A DNA stretch of 64,000 nt, taken from assembly GCA_963845145.1 (NCBI GenBank), contig CAWJQU010000005.1:160001-224000 (forward strand), given 5' to 3'. The DNA comes from an uncultured delta proteobacterium (GTDB lineage: Bacteria; Desulfobacterota; Desulfobacteria; Desulfobacterales; QNYZ01). Positions 49,045 to 59,085 of this stretch are shown one piece after another. Within the stretch, counting starts at the first letter, position 1. Every line of letters begins with the position of its first letter. The notes under the pieces were generated by a model. It was not told the DNA's origin and did no database searches. It worked only from the letters and a program-made list of their open reading frames with translations. Made by a program: the position numbers and the translations under genes.

Positions 49045-50217
49045 TTGAAAATATTGGTTCTAGGTGGATGTGGCATTCAGGGAAAAACAGCCGTTTATGA
49101 TTTGGCCCGCGTGGCGGCCGTTGAAGAAATAATTTGCGCCGATGTTAACCTTGAGGGAATCAAGGCCATTGGAGATTTCGTGGACATGTCCAAGGTCCGT
49201 ACCGTAACCCTGGATGTCAATGATTCGGAAAAAATGGGTCATCTTTTCAGCCAGGTCAATGTGGTCATTGACCTGCTCCCCCGGCAGTTTATGGAATCGG
49301 TCTGCCAGGCAGCCATTCGATCCGGTGTCAGTGTCGTGAACACCAACTACGCTTATTCTATTGCACATCTGCACGAGGCCGCCGTAAGCGCAGGCGTGGC
49401 CATCCTGCCGGAATGTGGTCTGGATCCGGGGATTGACCTGGTGCTTTACGGTGAAGCTTGCCGGCGCTTTGACGAACTCAATGTGATCAACTCTTACTGT
49501 GGTGGATTTCCGGAACGAGCGGCCTGCGACAACCCCCTCAATTATAAAGTGTCATGGGTTTTTGAAGGCGTACTGGCATCCACAAAACGTGACAGCCGTA
49601 TGATCAGGGAGGGCGAGGTCATCGACATTCCCGGTACTCGCCAGCATGATCCTGCGTATGTTCACCAGGTAGACTTCCCCGATCTTGGCAAACTTGAGGC
49701 CATTCCTAACGGTGATGCGGTTTTTTTCACCAACGCATTGGGGGTGACTGAAACCATCCGTGAAACAGGACGCTATTCCCTGCGTTGGCCCGGTTGGAGT
49801 GACTTCTGGCGGCCGCTGAAGCAACTGGGCTTTTTAAGTGAAGACCCTGTAGCGGGCCTTGATTGTCCGGTATCCCCTTATCAGATGCTCGACAAGCTGG
49901 TGGGACCCCAAATTCAGTATCAGCGTGATGAAAAAGATTTGGTAGCCATGCTAAACGTTTTCGAGGGGCTTAAGGACGGGAAAAAGAGTAGGCTGATCAG
50001 CCGGTTGCTCATTGAACGAGATCTGGAAACAGGGATCATGGCAATGGCTAAAGGGGTTGGCTACCCGGCCAGCATTGCGGCACAGATGATCGCCGGGGGA
50101 GAAATCGTTAAAAAGGGGGTTCTGTCACCGATGAAGCATATTCCCTACCTCGCTTTCATCGATGAACTGCTGAACCGTGGTATAATCGTTGAAGAAGAGG
50201 AGATCGCGTTACCATAA
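49045..50217 (+). CDS. Saccharopine dehydrogenase / lysine 6-dehydrogenase family
   Basis: GGCGIQG, ECGLDPGID, SYCGGFP…NPLNYKVSW and LRWPG motifs. Confidence 0.9.
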   Translation: MKILVLGGCGIQGKTAVYDLARVAAVEEIICADVNLEGIKAIGDFVDMSKVRTVTLDVNDSEKMGHLFSQVNVVIDLLPRQFMESVCQAAIRSGVSVVNTNYAYSIAHLHEAAVSAGVAILPECGLDPGIDLVLYGEACRRFDELNVINSYCGGFPERAACDNPLNYKVSWVFEGVLASTKRDSRMIREGEVIDIPGTRQHDPAYVHQVDFPDLGKLEAIPNGDAVFFTNALGVTETIRETGRYSLRWPGWSDFWRPLKQLGFLSEDPVAGLDCPVSPYQMLDKLVGPQIQYQRDEKDLVAMLNVFEGLKDGKKSRLISRLLIERDLETGIMAMAKGVGYPASIAAQMIAGGEIVKKGVLSPMKHIPYLAFIDELLNRGIIVEEEEIALP

Positions 50218-50265
50218 ATTCGACTTTTGTCGGTGTGCACCATTGACCAAGAACCTTCTCACGGA

Positions 50266-50928
50266 TTATTCCAAAGGTGTACGGAGTGGCAAAATATGGC
50301 CGGCTTGATTTGTAACATCTTCATAACAAGTGGTGCCCGATTGGAAGTATACAATCCAAGCAACTCCGGAATAATAGTCAGGCGTCGTCGCCGACCAATG
50401 ATAACCTGGGGGGAAAGTTGAAAACATATGGCCGCTTGATACGGCAGGATCTCTCCTGCTGAAATCGATAAGTATGCATAGTTCGCGCATTGTCGGCAAT
50501 CGCCAGTCGCCGGCTGACGAGCCGTCTGAAAGAATTAGTGCGGGATCCGGGCCACAGTCTCCATCCTTAAGACTTTTCACCGCCAGCCGAGCACTTTCCC
50601 AATCCATCATCCCAAAGCAGTTCGGGTTTTTCAACCAGATAAGCCCCGTCAGGCTGTCGGTTAAGGTGCCGTCTTTGTTATCAATAAAGCGGGGATCTGG
50701 GATAGCTTTATCCAATAGAAGTTCTGCATATTGCCGCTTAAAGTCGCAAGGAATTTTCTCCCCTCTCCAGTCATAACAGGTCGAATTAAACGGATTCACC
50801 ACAGCAGCTATTGCATTATCATGTGGCCTTTCTGAAAGCCGTTTATTTCCTCCAGCACATGCACCCATACAAAATGCGAAATTTATAATAATAGCAATCT
50901 GAACCAAATCACGGAAATAACCTGTCAT
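50266..50928 (-). CDS. DUF1566 (Lcl C-terminal) domain lipoprotein
   Basis: RFIDNKDGT.TD.LTGL.W, DWRLPT..EL and WSAT motifs; lipobox-like MGAC. Confidence 0.85.
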   Translation of the reverse strand: MTGYFRDLVQIAIIINFAFCMGACAGGNKRLSERPHDNAIAAVVNPFNSTCYDWRGEKIPCDFKRQYAELLLDKAIPDPRFIDNKDGTLTDSLTGLIWLKNPNCFGMMDWESARLAVKSLKDGDCGPDPALILSDGSSAGDWRLPTMRELCILIDFSRRDPAVSSGHMFSTFPPGYHWSATTPDYYSGVAWIVYFQSGTTCYEDVTNQAGHILPLRTPLE

Positions 50929-51139
50929 CGACCAATCCCTTAAAATTTTGGAGGTATTGATTTATTTGAGGCCGGTTCCAATATAACGATTTATTGGGTT
51001 ATAAAATGATCGAATTGCAACTGTTACAATTCGGGATTGTCCAATTAAGCAGGCATTGTTATGTGAAGTTGTGTGGTGATTTTTCTCTTCGGGTATAAAG
51101 ATGAGAGGCAACTTTGTTGAGCTACATCCTAATTTCTTT

Positions 51140-52222
51140 TTACGCCAATAGCGCCTCCAATTCTTTCGCAGTGTACTTCGAAAGCCCTAAAGTTTCCATC
51201 GTACGCTGGGCTTCGCCCAAATAATCCCGGCTCATCAACAAAGAAACCATTGTGATCACTGCAGAGATAACCGGTGTCGCCACCCCGATCTGTTCACCAA
51301 GCTTCTGGAAAAAAACCAGGCCGAACCCCACATCTTCATTGAAATAGCGGTAATCCAGACTACTCTGGGCTTTGACCCCGTCGAATCCCGGTGCGGTGAT
51401 AAATCCGTTGTCATACGTAGCTTCCGTCATATAGCCTTGGATAACGCCTAATTCCGGATCGGGAATGACATCCACCCCCAATTTTTTTCCAATAGCGATC
51501 CGCTCTATATCTACCGCTTCGATCAGCTTGCCAACCGCCGGAGTGACGCCCTCGCGATAAAAATCGAAATCGCCCTTGGTACGTTCGATTAATGCGACAT
51601 TCATGAGCGTAATCGCTGGATGGATAACCGGGTTACCGTTCTGTAAACTAGTCTGGAGTATATTCTTCGCTGCGCTCATCGTCGGATAGACATCGCGCAC
51701 CTGACCCAACACATGATTGGTATTTTTCGCCGGAATCGCGGCCAGGAACAACCCGCCTTTGAGCTTGTTAAAAATTTTGATTTTCCCTGGTTCAAGCAGT
51801 CGAACAGCATACGGTAGCGTCGACGTCTCAGCAACGATAATGTCCCTGCCCCGAAGATCCAGTCCCGCACCGTTTTTAAATTCAATACTGCCACCACAGG
51901 AACTTGGGCACACGATCACGATCTGCCCCTGCTTGAGGTACGGTCTGCAGGCTTCGGCAAAAGGTCTGGTGCTGTACGCCGGTCCAACGGCATATATGAT
52001 ATCGGCCCCATCCAACGTTTTTTCAATATCATGCCCGGCAGAGACCACCGACTGAAATCCTTCAAGTATACCCTCGCAGTGGATACCTCCGTTTTTTTGG
52101 ACAGCCTGAATACTCTGCGGGAATTGTTCAAAATCAAATAGACGGACCTGGTGCCCGTGGGCTGCACAGTCGAATGCAATGGCACAGCCACCGTTTCCTG
52201 ACCCCAAAACAGCGATGTTCAT
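51140..52222 (-). CDS. NAD(P)-dependent opine (octopine/nopaline) dehydrogenase family
   Basis: GSGNGG, ETSTLPYA.R, N.NPVIHP, D.ER and RYFNEDV.FGL motifs. Confidence 0.92.
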   Translation of the reverse strand: MNIAVLGSGNGGCAIAFDCAAHGHQVRLFDFEQFPQSIQAVQKNGGIHCEGILEGFQSVVSAGHDIEKTLDGADIIYAVGPAYSTRPFAEACRPYLKQGQIVIVCPSSCGGSIEFKNGAGLDLRGRDIIVAETSTLPYAVRLLEPGKIKIFNKLKGGLFLAAIPAKNTNHVLGQVRDVYPTMSAAKNILQTSLQNGNPVIHPAITLMNVALIERTKGDFDFYREGVTPAVGKLIEAVDIERIAIGKKLGVDVIPDPELGVIQGYMTEATYDNGFITAPGFDGVKAQSSLDYRYFNEDVGFGLVFFQKLGEQIGVATPVISAVITMVSLLMSRDYLGEAQRTMETLGLSKYTAKELEALLA

Positions 52223-52267
52223 ATTGTTATCCTTTTGATTTCTCTGGGTGAGTGATAGGATCAAGAA

Positions 52268-53011
52268 TTAATGTGTCAGGATTGAGCTTAAAAAATGTTT
52301 GCCCCGATCTGTTTGCGGATTTGTGAAAAAATCGTTGGGTGGTGCGACCTCGATGATCTGCCCGTCATCCATAAAGACGACCCGGTTAGCCACTTCTCGG
52401 GCGAACCCCATTTCGTGGGTAACGACCATCATGGTCATTCCTTCCTTGGCCAGGTCTCGCATGACGTCAAGGACTTCATTGATCATCTCCGGGTCAAGGG
52501 CTGATGTCGGTTCGTCAAAGAGCATGATCTTGGGTCTCATGCCCAAGCCTCTGGCAATTGCCACCCGCTGTTGTTGACCTCCCGAGAGTTGGGCCGGATG
52601 GTGATCAATTCTATCGCCCAATCCGACCCTGATGAGCATCTCTTTGCCGAGTTTTTCAGCTTTTTCTTTCGGCATTTTTCTAACCCTGATAGGTGCTATT
52701 GTCACGTTTTCTAAAGCTGTCATATGGGGATATAGATTGAATGATTGAAAGATAAACCCGATCTCAGCCCGGATCTTGGTCATATTGATCTTTTTATCAT
52801 GGACATTCATATTGTCGACGACGAGCTCTCCTTTTTGGATGGGCTCTAATCTGTTGATACAGCGAATCAGGGTGCTTTTACCCGATCCGCTCGGACCGCA
52901 GATCACCACCACCTCCCCCGGATTTACCTCGAGATTGATGTCGTTAAGGACATGAAGTTCACCGAACCATTTGTTGACATTTTTAAAAGAAATCATGGTC
53001 TCATTCCCCAA
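52268..53011 (-). CDS. Polar amino acid ABC ATPase (GlnQ-like)
   Basis: [32 protein letters not shown] and HEMGFA motifs. Confidence 0.95.
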   Translation of the reverse strand: MGNETMISFKNVNKWFGELHVLNDINLEVNPGEVVVICGPSGSGKSTLIRCINRLEPIQKGELVVDNMNVHDKKINMTKIRAEIGFIFQSFNLYPHMTALENVTIAPIRVRKMPKEKAEKLGKEMLIRVGLGDRIDHHPAQLSGGQQQRVAIARGLGMRPKIMLFDEPTSALDPEMINEVLDVMRDLAKEGMTMMVVTHEMGFAREVANRVVFMDDGQIIEVAPPNDFFTNPQTDRGKHFLSSILTH

Positions 53012-53052
53012 TAATGATTAACAGGTTTCTGTAGCTGCCGTGTGAATTTGAT

Positions 53053-53721
53053 TTAAAGCCTGGTAGCTGTCACTGTCATCCGCCTTTCCATATAATTCGA
53101 CAAATTAATTAGCGGATAACAAATCGTGAAGTATAAAAGGCCAACCAGGCCGAAAACCATTAAACCTTCGGGGATCCGCTGCACTGTCAGCCAGCCGACC
53201 CTGGTAACATCAACCACGCCGATCGCAGAGACCACGGATGAATCTTTTATGATAAGAACATATTGTCCCACCAAAGGAGGTATGATGGATCGCATGGCCT
53301 GGGGTAAAATAATATGTCGCAGTTGCTGATAACCGGAAAGCCCGGATGCGGTCGCAGCCTCTCTCTGGCCTTTCGACACAGCCAAGATACCGCCGGCTAC
53401 GATCTCACAGATAAAGCTGGCACCCATATTGCTCAAGGCGATAACCGCAGCCGGAAATGCTTCCAGTTCTATACCGGCGCTCGGCAGGATAAAAAAGATA
53501 ATGAATACCTGGACCAGAAAGGGTGTTCCACGAATGAGGTCCACCCACGCGCCGATAATGGATCGTAAAATTTTGTTCCCGCTGGCCCTCGCGATCCCTA
53601 ATATGAAGCCGACAATGGTCGCTGCGATCAAGCCCAGGCCGGCAACCGCAACGGTCATCCAGAGCCCCTTGATAAAAAAGGGCAAGCTGTGCATCAGTTC
53701 ATTAAAATAGAAACTCCACAT
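53053..53721 (-). CDS. Polar amino acid ABC permease
   Basis: RGTPFLVQ, GQREAA..SG and KDSS motifs. Confidence 0.93.
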   Translation of the reverse strand: MWSFYFNELMHSLPFFIKGLWMTVAVAGLGLIAATIVGFILGIARASGNKILRSIIGAWVDLIRGTPFLVQVFIIFFILPSAGIELEAFPAAVIALSNMGASFICEIVAGGILAVSKGQREAATASGLSGYQQLRHIILPQAMRSIIPPLVGQYVLIIKDSSVVSAIGVVDVTRVGWLTVQRIPEGLMVFGLVGLLYFTICYPLINLSNYMERRMTVTATRL

Positions 53722-53738
53722 ATCTTATTCCTCTATCA

Positions 53739-54407
53739 TCAATGGGCTTCCCGGAAGATCAGCCGTTTTTCAGACCAATTCGAGAAGGCTTTGAGTAGGT
53801 AGTAAATAAGTAGATAAAAAACCGCGGTGGTCAGGAACCCTTCGGTGGGCATGAATCGATCCGATGTCAGCAACTGGCCTGCCCGTGTCAGTTCCATAAT
53901 CGAAATCAGCGAGAGCAAAGACGAGTCTTTAACCAAAACAATCGCTTGCCCCAGCATCGGCCGAATCGTCATTCCAAGCGCCTGAGGCAGGATGATATAG
54001 CGCATGCGCTGGAAATAGTTCAAACCGGAAGCGATCCCGGCTTCGATCTGACCGTAGGCAATGGCTTGAATACCCGCCCTGATGATCTCGGCATAATAGG
54101 CCCCACTGTTCAAGGTCAGGGCAATAACACCGGTAACCCATTCCGGAAGCATGATACCCAAAGATGGAAGACCGAAATAGAAGAAATAGAGCTGCACCAA
54201 CAAAGGTGTGGAACGGATGCTTTCGATATAAATACCGGCCGTTCTGGAAATGGCCCGAGATTGACTCAATCGCATGGAGCAGGCAATGATTCCCACCAGG
54301 ATAGCTCCAATCAGTGACAAGGCGGACAGCCAAAGGGTGGCCAGGAAGCACTGCATATAGAGCGGCATGTATTCCAAGATGACCCTAAAATTGAAGGCTT
54401 CAAGCAT
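53739..54407 (-). CDS. Polar amino acid ABC permease
   Basis: RSTPLLVQ, AEIIRAGI…GQIEA and KDSS motifs. Confidence 0.93.
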   Translation of the reverse strand: MLEAFNFRVILEYMPLYMQCFLATLWLSALSLIGAILVGIIACSMRLSQSRAISRTAGIYIESIRSTPLLVQLYFFYFGLPSLGIMLPEWVTGVIALTLNSGAYYAEIIRAGIQAIAYGQIEAGIASGLNYFQRMRYIILPQALGMTIRPMLGQAIVLVKDSSLLSLISIMELTRAGQLLTSDRFMPTEGFLTTAVFYLLIYYLLKAFSNWSEKRLIFREAH

Positions 54408-54515
54408 AATGATTACCTGTCATGTTTTATGCTTTGGGTTTGACTCGGCGGGGTGCGAACCGAGATAGCCGGATCGCACCAGACAAAATGTCATCCGCCC
54501 GAAAAGCAAAGTTGT

Positions 54516-55313
54516 TTAATGATCTTTCTTCCAATCCAGAGAATTAACCCAGTAGTGCAAGTTGTTCTCCAACCGACCGTCCAGGTTTATATGCAGAAAG
54601 AAGAGATTGAGCCAGTCGCGTAAATCCGGAGAGTCATAACGCACGGCAAAGGCCAGCGGAGATTTGGACAACTGTCCATCCAGAATCCGGAGGCTATCGG
54701 GCGGGAAAGAGGCAGCCTGGCCGCGAACAGCCGACCCGTCATTCACCCCTGCATCGGTATGGCCTGCAATCACCGCATTGATCAGAATCGGTCCGCCGCC
54801 TTTATAAGTCTTCAGTTGGGCTTCGGGAAATGCTTTTTTGGCATCGTTTTCACCGGTCGAGCCTAACAACACAGCCAGCTTGGTCCCTGCTTTCCGAACA
54901 TCTTCGAGGGATTTGATGGGGCTGTCCTGCTTCACGAATAGCACGCTACCCGTGTACATATAAGGATCAACAAAAGAGATTTTCATGGCCCTTTTCAGTG
55001 TCGGGGTCATATCGGCCGCAAGCATATCGGCCTTCCCTGAGAGCAGGGCGGGAATGAGACCATCCCAGTCATAGTTGAGAAATTTAATCTTTACGCCCAT
55101 TTCCTCGGCGATCATCTTACAAAGTTCAATCGAACTACCCGTCCTCTCGCCATTTCTATCTACAAAACTGAAAGGTGCACCCTGGGTTTGACAGGCAATA
55201 CGTAGTTCGCCTCTTTTTGCAATTTCGTCTAACGTTCCCGCTGAGGCGATTCCCCAAAAACCGAAAATTAAAGCCAATGCCAGAAGAACCGAAAATAATT
55301 TAGACGTTTTCAT
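54516..55313 (-). CDS. Polar amino acid ABC substrate-binding protein (SBP family 3)
   Basis: Signal peptide, TLDEI.KRGELR, WDGLIPALLSGK.D and GST motifs. Confidence 0.93.
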   Translation of the reverse strand: MKTSKLFSVLLALALIFGFWGIASAGTLDEIAKRGELRIACQTQGAPFSFVDRNGERTGSSIELCKMIAEEMGVKIKFLNYDWDGLIPALLSGKADMLAADMTPTLKRAMKISFVDPYMYTGSVLFVKQDSPIKSLEDVRKAGTKLAVLLGSTGENDAKKAFPEAQLKTYKGGGPILINAVIAGHTDAGVNDGSAVRGQAASFPPDSLRILDGQLSKSPLAFAVRYDSPDLRDWLNLFFLHINLDGRLENNLHYWVNSLDWKKDH

Positions 55314-55473
55314 TTTTTTCTCCCTTTTCCTTTTGTTCCCAGTAATTAGACATTTCCTTGTTAATCCTCGATAACAACGAAATATCACCCCTTCATACTT
55401 TCACACGTGCCCCCTTTTTACGGCGTTTTAAAAGGACGAAAATCGATATGGATGTATCCTCTATATTTCACGC

Positions 55474-55950
55474 TTATATCTTTCCCACGCCTTTAGGCAG
55501 GCATAACCAGTTTTGTCTGGATTTCATAATGATAAATGTTTCGCTTCTAACAATATTGCCGATTTTTAAAATGGTTTCAGTGGTAAATTGATATAATTCG
55601 TCTTTTCCTCCCACGCAAACAATCTCTGCGACGATATCGTAGCGTCCGGCAACCACCCCAGCCCATGCGACATTGGGAAGCTGGGATATTTTATCCATGA
55701 TTTGATCCATCTGCCCTTTTGACTGGACGTTCATGGCGACGATAGCCGTTATCATGTCTTGGTGCTGGTTGGGATCGACAAGGCCGGATACTTTGAATAG
55801 CCCTTTTTCCCCGAGGTTTTTTATCCTGCTTCGAATAGTCGGTGCTGTAACATTGAGCTTTTTTGCCATTTCACCAATCGGCATTCGCCCATCCTCTGTT
55901 AGCAGGTCAATAACCTCGTTATCCAATTCGTCAAGAACGGTCTTATCCAA
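55474..55950 (-). CDS. Lrp/AsnC regulator
   Basis: LDELD..I..L..DGR HTH; GRYD in the RAM domain. Confidence 0.93.
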   Translation of the reverse strand: MDKTVLDELDNEVIDLLTEDGRMPIGEMAKKLNVTAPTIRSRIKNLGEKGLFKVSGLVDPNQHQDMITAIVAMNVQSKGQMDQIMDKISQLPNVAWAGVVAGRYDIVAEIVCVGGKDELYQFTTETILKIGNIVRSETFIIMKSRQNWLCLPKGVGKI

Positions 55951-56191
55951 GATAATTCCTTAGCCCGTATTTATTTATTAGAAATAATTTACTGTTTAAT
56001 TTATTTGAATAGAAAATGTCAAGAAAAAATATTTTTGGAATAGAAATTATATTCACACAATTTTTTGCATATTATACCGCTCAGTTCATCCACAAAATTC
56101 TTACGCACTAAACCCCGGCGTTGCATCATAATTTGTCCCAAAACCGTTATACTCGAACAATCTTAAACCTATGGCGGATTATGCGGACACC

Positions 56192-56335
56192 TGAGCCATT
56201 TTCAAAACGTTTCAGTTTGTTCAAGGTCAAGGATGGCGAAAATTTTAAACAGAGGAATACATTGGGTATTTCGAGGATTAAAATTTGAGCCAGACGCAGA
56301 GATTGGGCAAACTGGGACGTTTTGAAATTGGCTCA
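56192..56335. mobile_element. MITE-like 144-bp element with 28-bp imperfect TIRs
   Basis: TGAGCCATTTTCAAAACGTTTCAGTTTG and CAAACTGGGACGTTTTGAAATTGGCTCA (3 mismatches); central AATAC/GTATT hairpin. Confidence 0.8.
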
Positions 56336-56337
56336 CC

Positions 56338-57378
56338 TTACAAAAGTTCTTCAAACTGACCGGCAATGGGAAAAAGGCCGAATACCCCACCCGTGTGAAT
56401 GAAGACAATGCGGTCACCAAATTTTTCAGGATTCTTCTTAAGTTCGCTGATCATTCCAAAATAAGCCTTACCGGTGTACACTGGGTCCAGCACGACACCT
56501 TCTAGTTCCACGAGATCCATGATAGCGGCCAGCTCTTTTGGCTGCGATATCGCGTAACCTCGCCCCACATATCCATCTAAAATATCGTAGGCCGGAATTC
56601 CACCCGGAATTCCACCCGGAATTCCATCAGGTTTGTCCGTTGGCCAAGTCTCATTAAATTGACGACAGATGGTATCGATGATGGATACAAAATAGTCCCG
56701 ATCATCGCATACATTCACGCCCACAACCCGTATGTTGGCATTACACATTCCGGCGCCCATTGCCAATCCTGCGGTGGTACCCCCGGAACCGGTGGCGCAA
56801 ACCACGGTGGTGGGCTTTACATCGCTGCCATCCAGCAGTTTTAAGTCTGCCGCCAACTCCTCCATTGCGGCCACGTAACCCCACGCCCCCAGAGGTGTCG
56901 AACCGCCTTCAGGTATGATGTAGGGGTTACCCCCCTCGCTAAGCAATCTTTGGGCCTCCCTATCGAATATCTCATCCCGAGCCTTGTACTGCTCCGGCGT
57001 AATCCAGATGATCTGCGCTCCGGCCAGACGGTCCAATAAAATGTTCCCTGAGAGAGACGGCGGATTGGCAGGATCCTGCGTGCGCAACAACAAAAGCGAC
57101 GAGAGTCCCGCCCTTACCGCCGCTAAAGCCGTAGCGCGGCAGTGGTTTGATTGAGCGCCACCGCATGTGATCACCGTGCGGGCCCCTTTCGCCTTTGCAT
57201 CGGCTAAGATAAATTCCAGTTTGCGAACCTTGTTCCCGGAGAGTTCGCTACCGGTAAAATCGTCGCGTTTGAAAAAAATCTCCACCCCGAACCGCTGACT
57301 GAGTTTCTCCATTTTTTGGAGTGGCGTCGGTGTGTTTGCCAGGTGGATGCGGGGAGGATAGGAATCTATCTTAGTCAT
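56338..57378 (-). CDS. dcyD: D-cysteine desulfhydrase / ACC deaminase family PLP enzyme
   Basis: KRDD…GNKVRKLE, QSNH, IPEGGS, GSGGT, LDPVYTGK and HTGG motifs. Confidence 0.9.
   Translation of the reverse strand: MTKIDSYPPRIHLANTPTPLQKMEKLSQRFGVEIFFKRDDFTGSELSGNKVRKLEFILADAKAKGARTVITCGGAQSNHCRATALAAVRAGLSSLLLLRTQDPANPPSLSGNILLDRLAGAQIIWITPEQYKARDEIFDREAQRLLSEGGNPYIIPEGGSTPLGAWGYVAAMEELAADLKLLDGSDVKPTTVVCATGSGGTTAGLAMGAGMCNANIRVVGVNVCDDRDYFVSIIDTICRQFNETWPTDKPDGIPGGIPGGIPAYDILDGYVGRGYAISQPKELAAIMDLVELEGVVLDPVYTGKAYFGMISELKKNPEKFGDRIVFIHTGGVFGLFPIAGQFEELL
56592..56627 (+). repeat. In-frame 12-bp tandem repeat x3
   Basis: CCGGAATTCCAC twice plus CCGGAATTCCAT; encodes GIPG-GIPG-GIPA on the minus strand. 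Confidence 0.95.
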
Positions 57379-57705
57379 GCTTATACTCCTTAAAGTAGAG
57401 TAGGTTGAGGTATGATTCGTAAAGTGGTAAAAATGATTTACCCTTATCTACATCAAATAGATGAACAAAAACAAGAAAACGTTGGTCTTTCTGCGCAACT
57501 CCGGCAGGTTCGATTATAAATACGTGGCGGATTGAGGATGACAACAAAGTTAATTATAAAACTATTGCAATTCCACAATTACAGCTTATCTTTATCCGTC
57601 ACCCCGTCGGGTCCCGGCGGGGTGACCTGTTTTTAGGGATTAACCCTAACGTTGTGTCGCGCAGAAGAGAAGCCGGCGAAGGAAAAATGACAAGGAGAAA
57701 ATATC

Positions 57706-58263
57706 ATGACGGATTGTTCTAAAATTACACTCTACAGTGGCGGGCACAAGGGTACCGAATCCGAATTCGGCAAACTGGCCGAACAGTGGGGCATCAATGA
57801 GGTTAACTTTTCATTCGAGGGGCATGGGGTTGAGAGAACCCGCGGAGTCCGATTGTTAAATCATGAAGAGCTCGACAAAGGGAATGTCAGTATGGAGATT
57901 GTCTCCGCCCGAATGGGCCGGAGCTTTTCAAAAACCGACAAGATTCGCAAGGTCATCCAATCTATTTTCCACATGGTCAACAATGGCCATCATGTCCTTG
58001 CAGTGGGTTGGATTCAGTCGGATGATACCGTCAAGGGCGGAACCGGATGGGGCGTTGAGCTGGCCAAACTATTTAACCGTCCTTTGAGCGTGTACGACCA
58101 GGAAAAAAAGGGTTGGTTTGGTTGGCAGGACAATAAATGGGTGGCCCAAACGCCGGTGATCAAAGAGGACACCTTTGTGGGGACCGGAACCCGGTATCTC
58201 TCCGATGAAGGTCGCCAGGCGATCCGTGATCTGTTCGAAAACTCATTCGGCCCGGCCGATTAA
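57706..58263 (+). CDS. Conserved hypothetical protein, possibly SLOG-like fold
   Basis: SGG..G and VKGGTGW motifs; RBS AAGGAG. Confidence 0.65.
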   Translation: MTDCSKITLYSGGHKGTESEFGKLAEQWGINEVNFSFEGHGVERTRGVRLLNHEELDKGNVSMEIVSARMGRSFSKTDKIRKVIQSIFHMVNNGHHVLAVGWIQSDDTVKGGTGWGVELAKLFNRPLSVYDQEKKGWFGWQDNKWVAQTPVIKEDTFVGTGTRYLSDEGRQAIRDLFENSFGPAD

Positions 58264-58418
58264 CCCATCTTAAAAAAATCTTTTGGTCCAAACTCGGTGT
58301 TGGGCGTTCGTATCAAATCCTCGAAATACCTTGGGTATTTCGAGGATTAATATTTGAGCCGGACGTAGAGACCAGATCTATAGATTGGACAAAATGTGAC
58401 GTTTTTTAATTGGTTCTA
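58261..58418. repeat. Degenerate relative of the 56192 element, between convergent stop codons
   Basis: Shares GGGTATTTCGAGGATTAA.ATTTGAGCC.GACG.AGAG with the 56192 element; perfect 15-bp stem at 58316-58348. Confidence 0.75.
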
Positions 58419-58838
58419 AAGACCAAACCATCCCTTGAACAAGCTGGACAGTTCACGGTTGTCCTCATTACTCAGGCAAGTGGCATATACGCCGATGCGG
58501 ATTGATATGGTAGTATCGTTGCCCCATGGCCACCATGCACACAAAACAATGTCATCTTCGTCCGGATCAGAAGTAAAAAGCAGTTGGCGTGGTCCAATCC
58601 CCTCAAAATAGGCGATGACCAACCGCACGATTTCAGGAGACTCTTCGGCATTTTTATCATCCCAGATGCTCCCCATAATACTTTTGAGATTCGCATGTAC
58701 CTGGTCTTTATCTTTGACATCAAACTCTGCCAAAACCGTTTCAAATCGATCATCCCATTTCCAGGTCAACTCATTTTTAAACATTTCAACCAAATCCCGG
58801 CACTGTTTTTCAAGCCTTGACGAATCGTAATTTAACAT
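58416..58838 (-). CDS. Hypothetical protein
   Basis: RBS AGGAG; W.WDDRF and AWWPWG…SIRIG motifs. Confidence 0.7.
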   Translation of the reverse strand: MLNYDSSRLEKQCRDLVEMFKNELTWKWDDRFETVLAEFDVKDKDQVHANLKSIMGSIWDDKNAEESPEIVRLVIAYFEGIGPRQLLFTSDPDEDDIVLCAWWPWGNDTTISIRIGVYATCLSNEDNRELSSLFKGWFGL

Positions 58839-59085
58839 CTTGCGTGATCTCCTTTTGTCTTTCAGATCTTAGGTGATGCAATCTATTAGATATTGATGAC
58901 AAATCATCCAAACATGGTTGTCTTGAATTGCACAAATTTCAATAATATTTTCATATAGGCAAAGATTATTTACATCCTTTTTGCTTATGGGCGAATAAAT
59001 AAAACCGGTCTCATTTAAAAATTATTGAGAAAAGGACACAGTCCTGTCTCCTAAATAATTGCTGGTTTGAATGTTAATCGATTTC

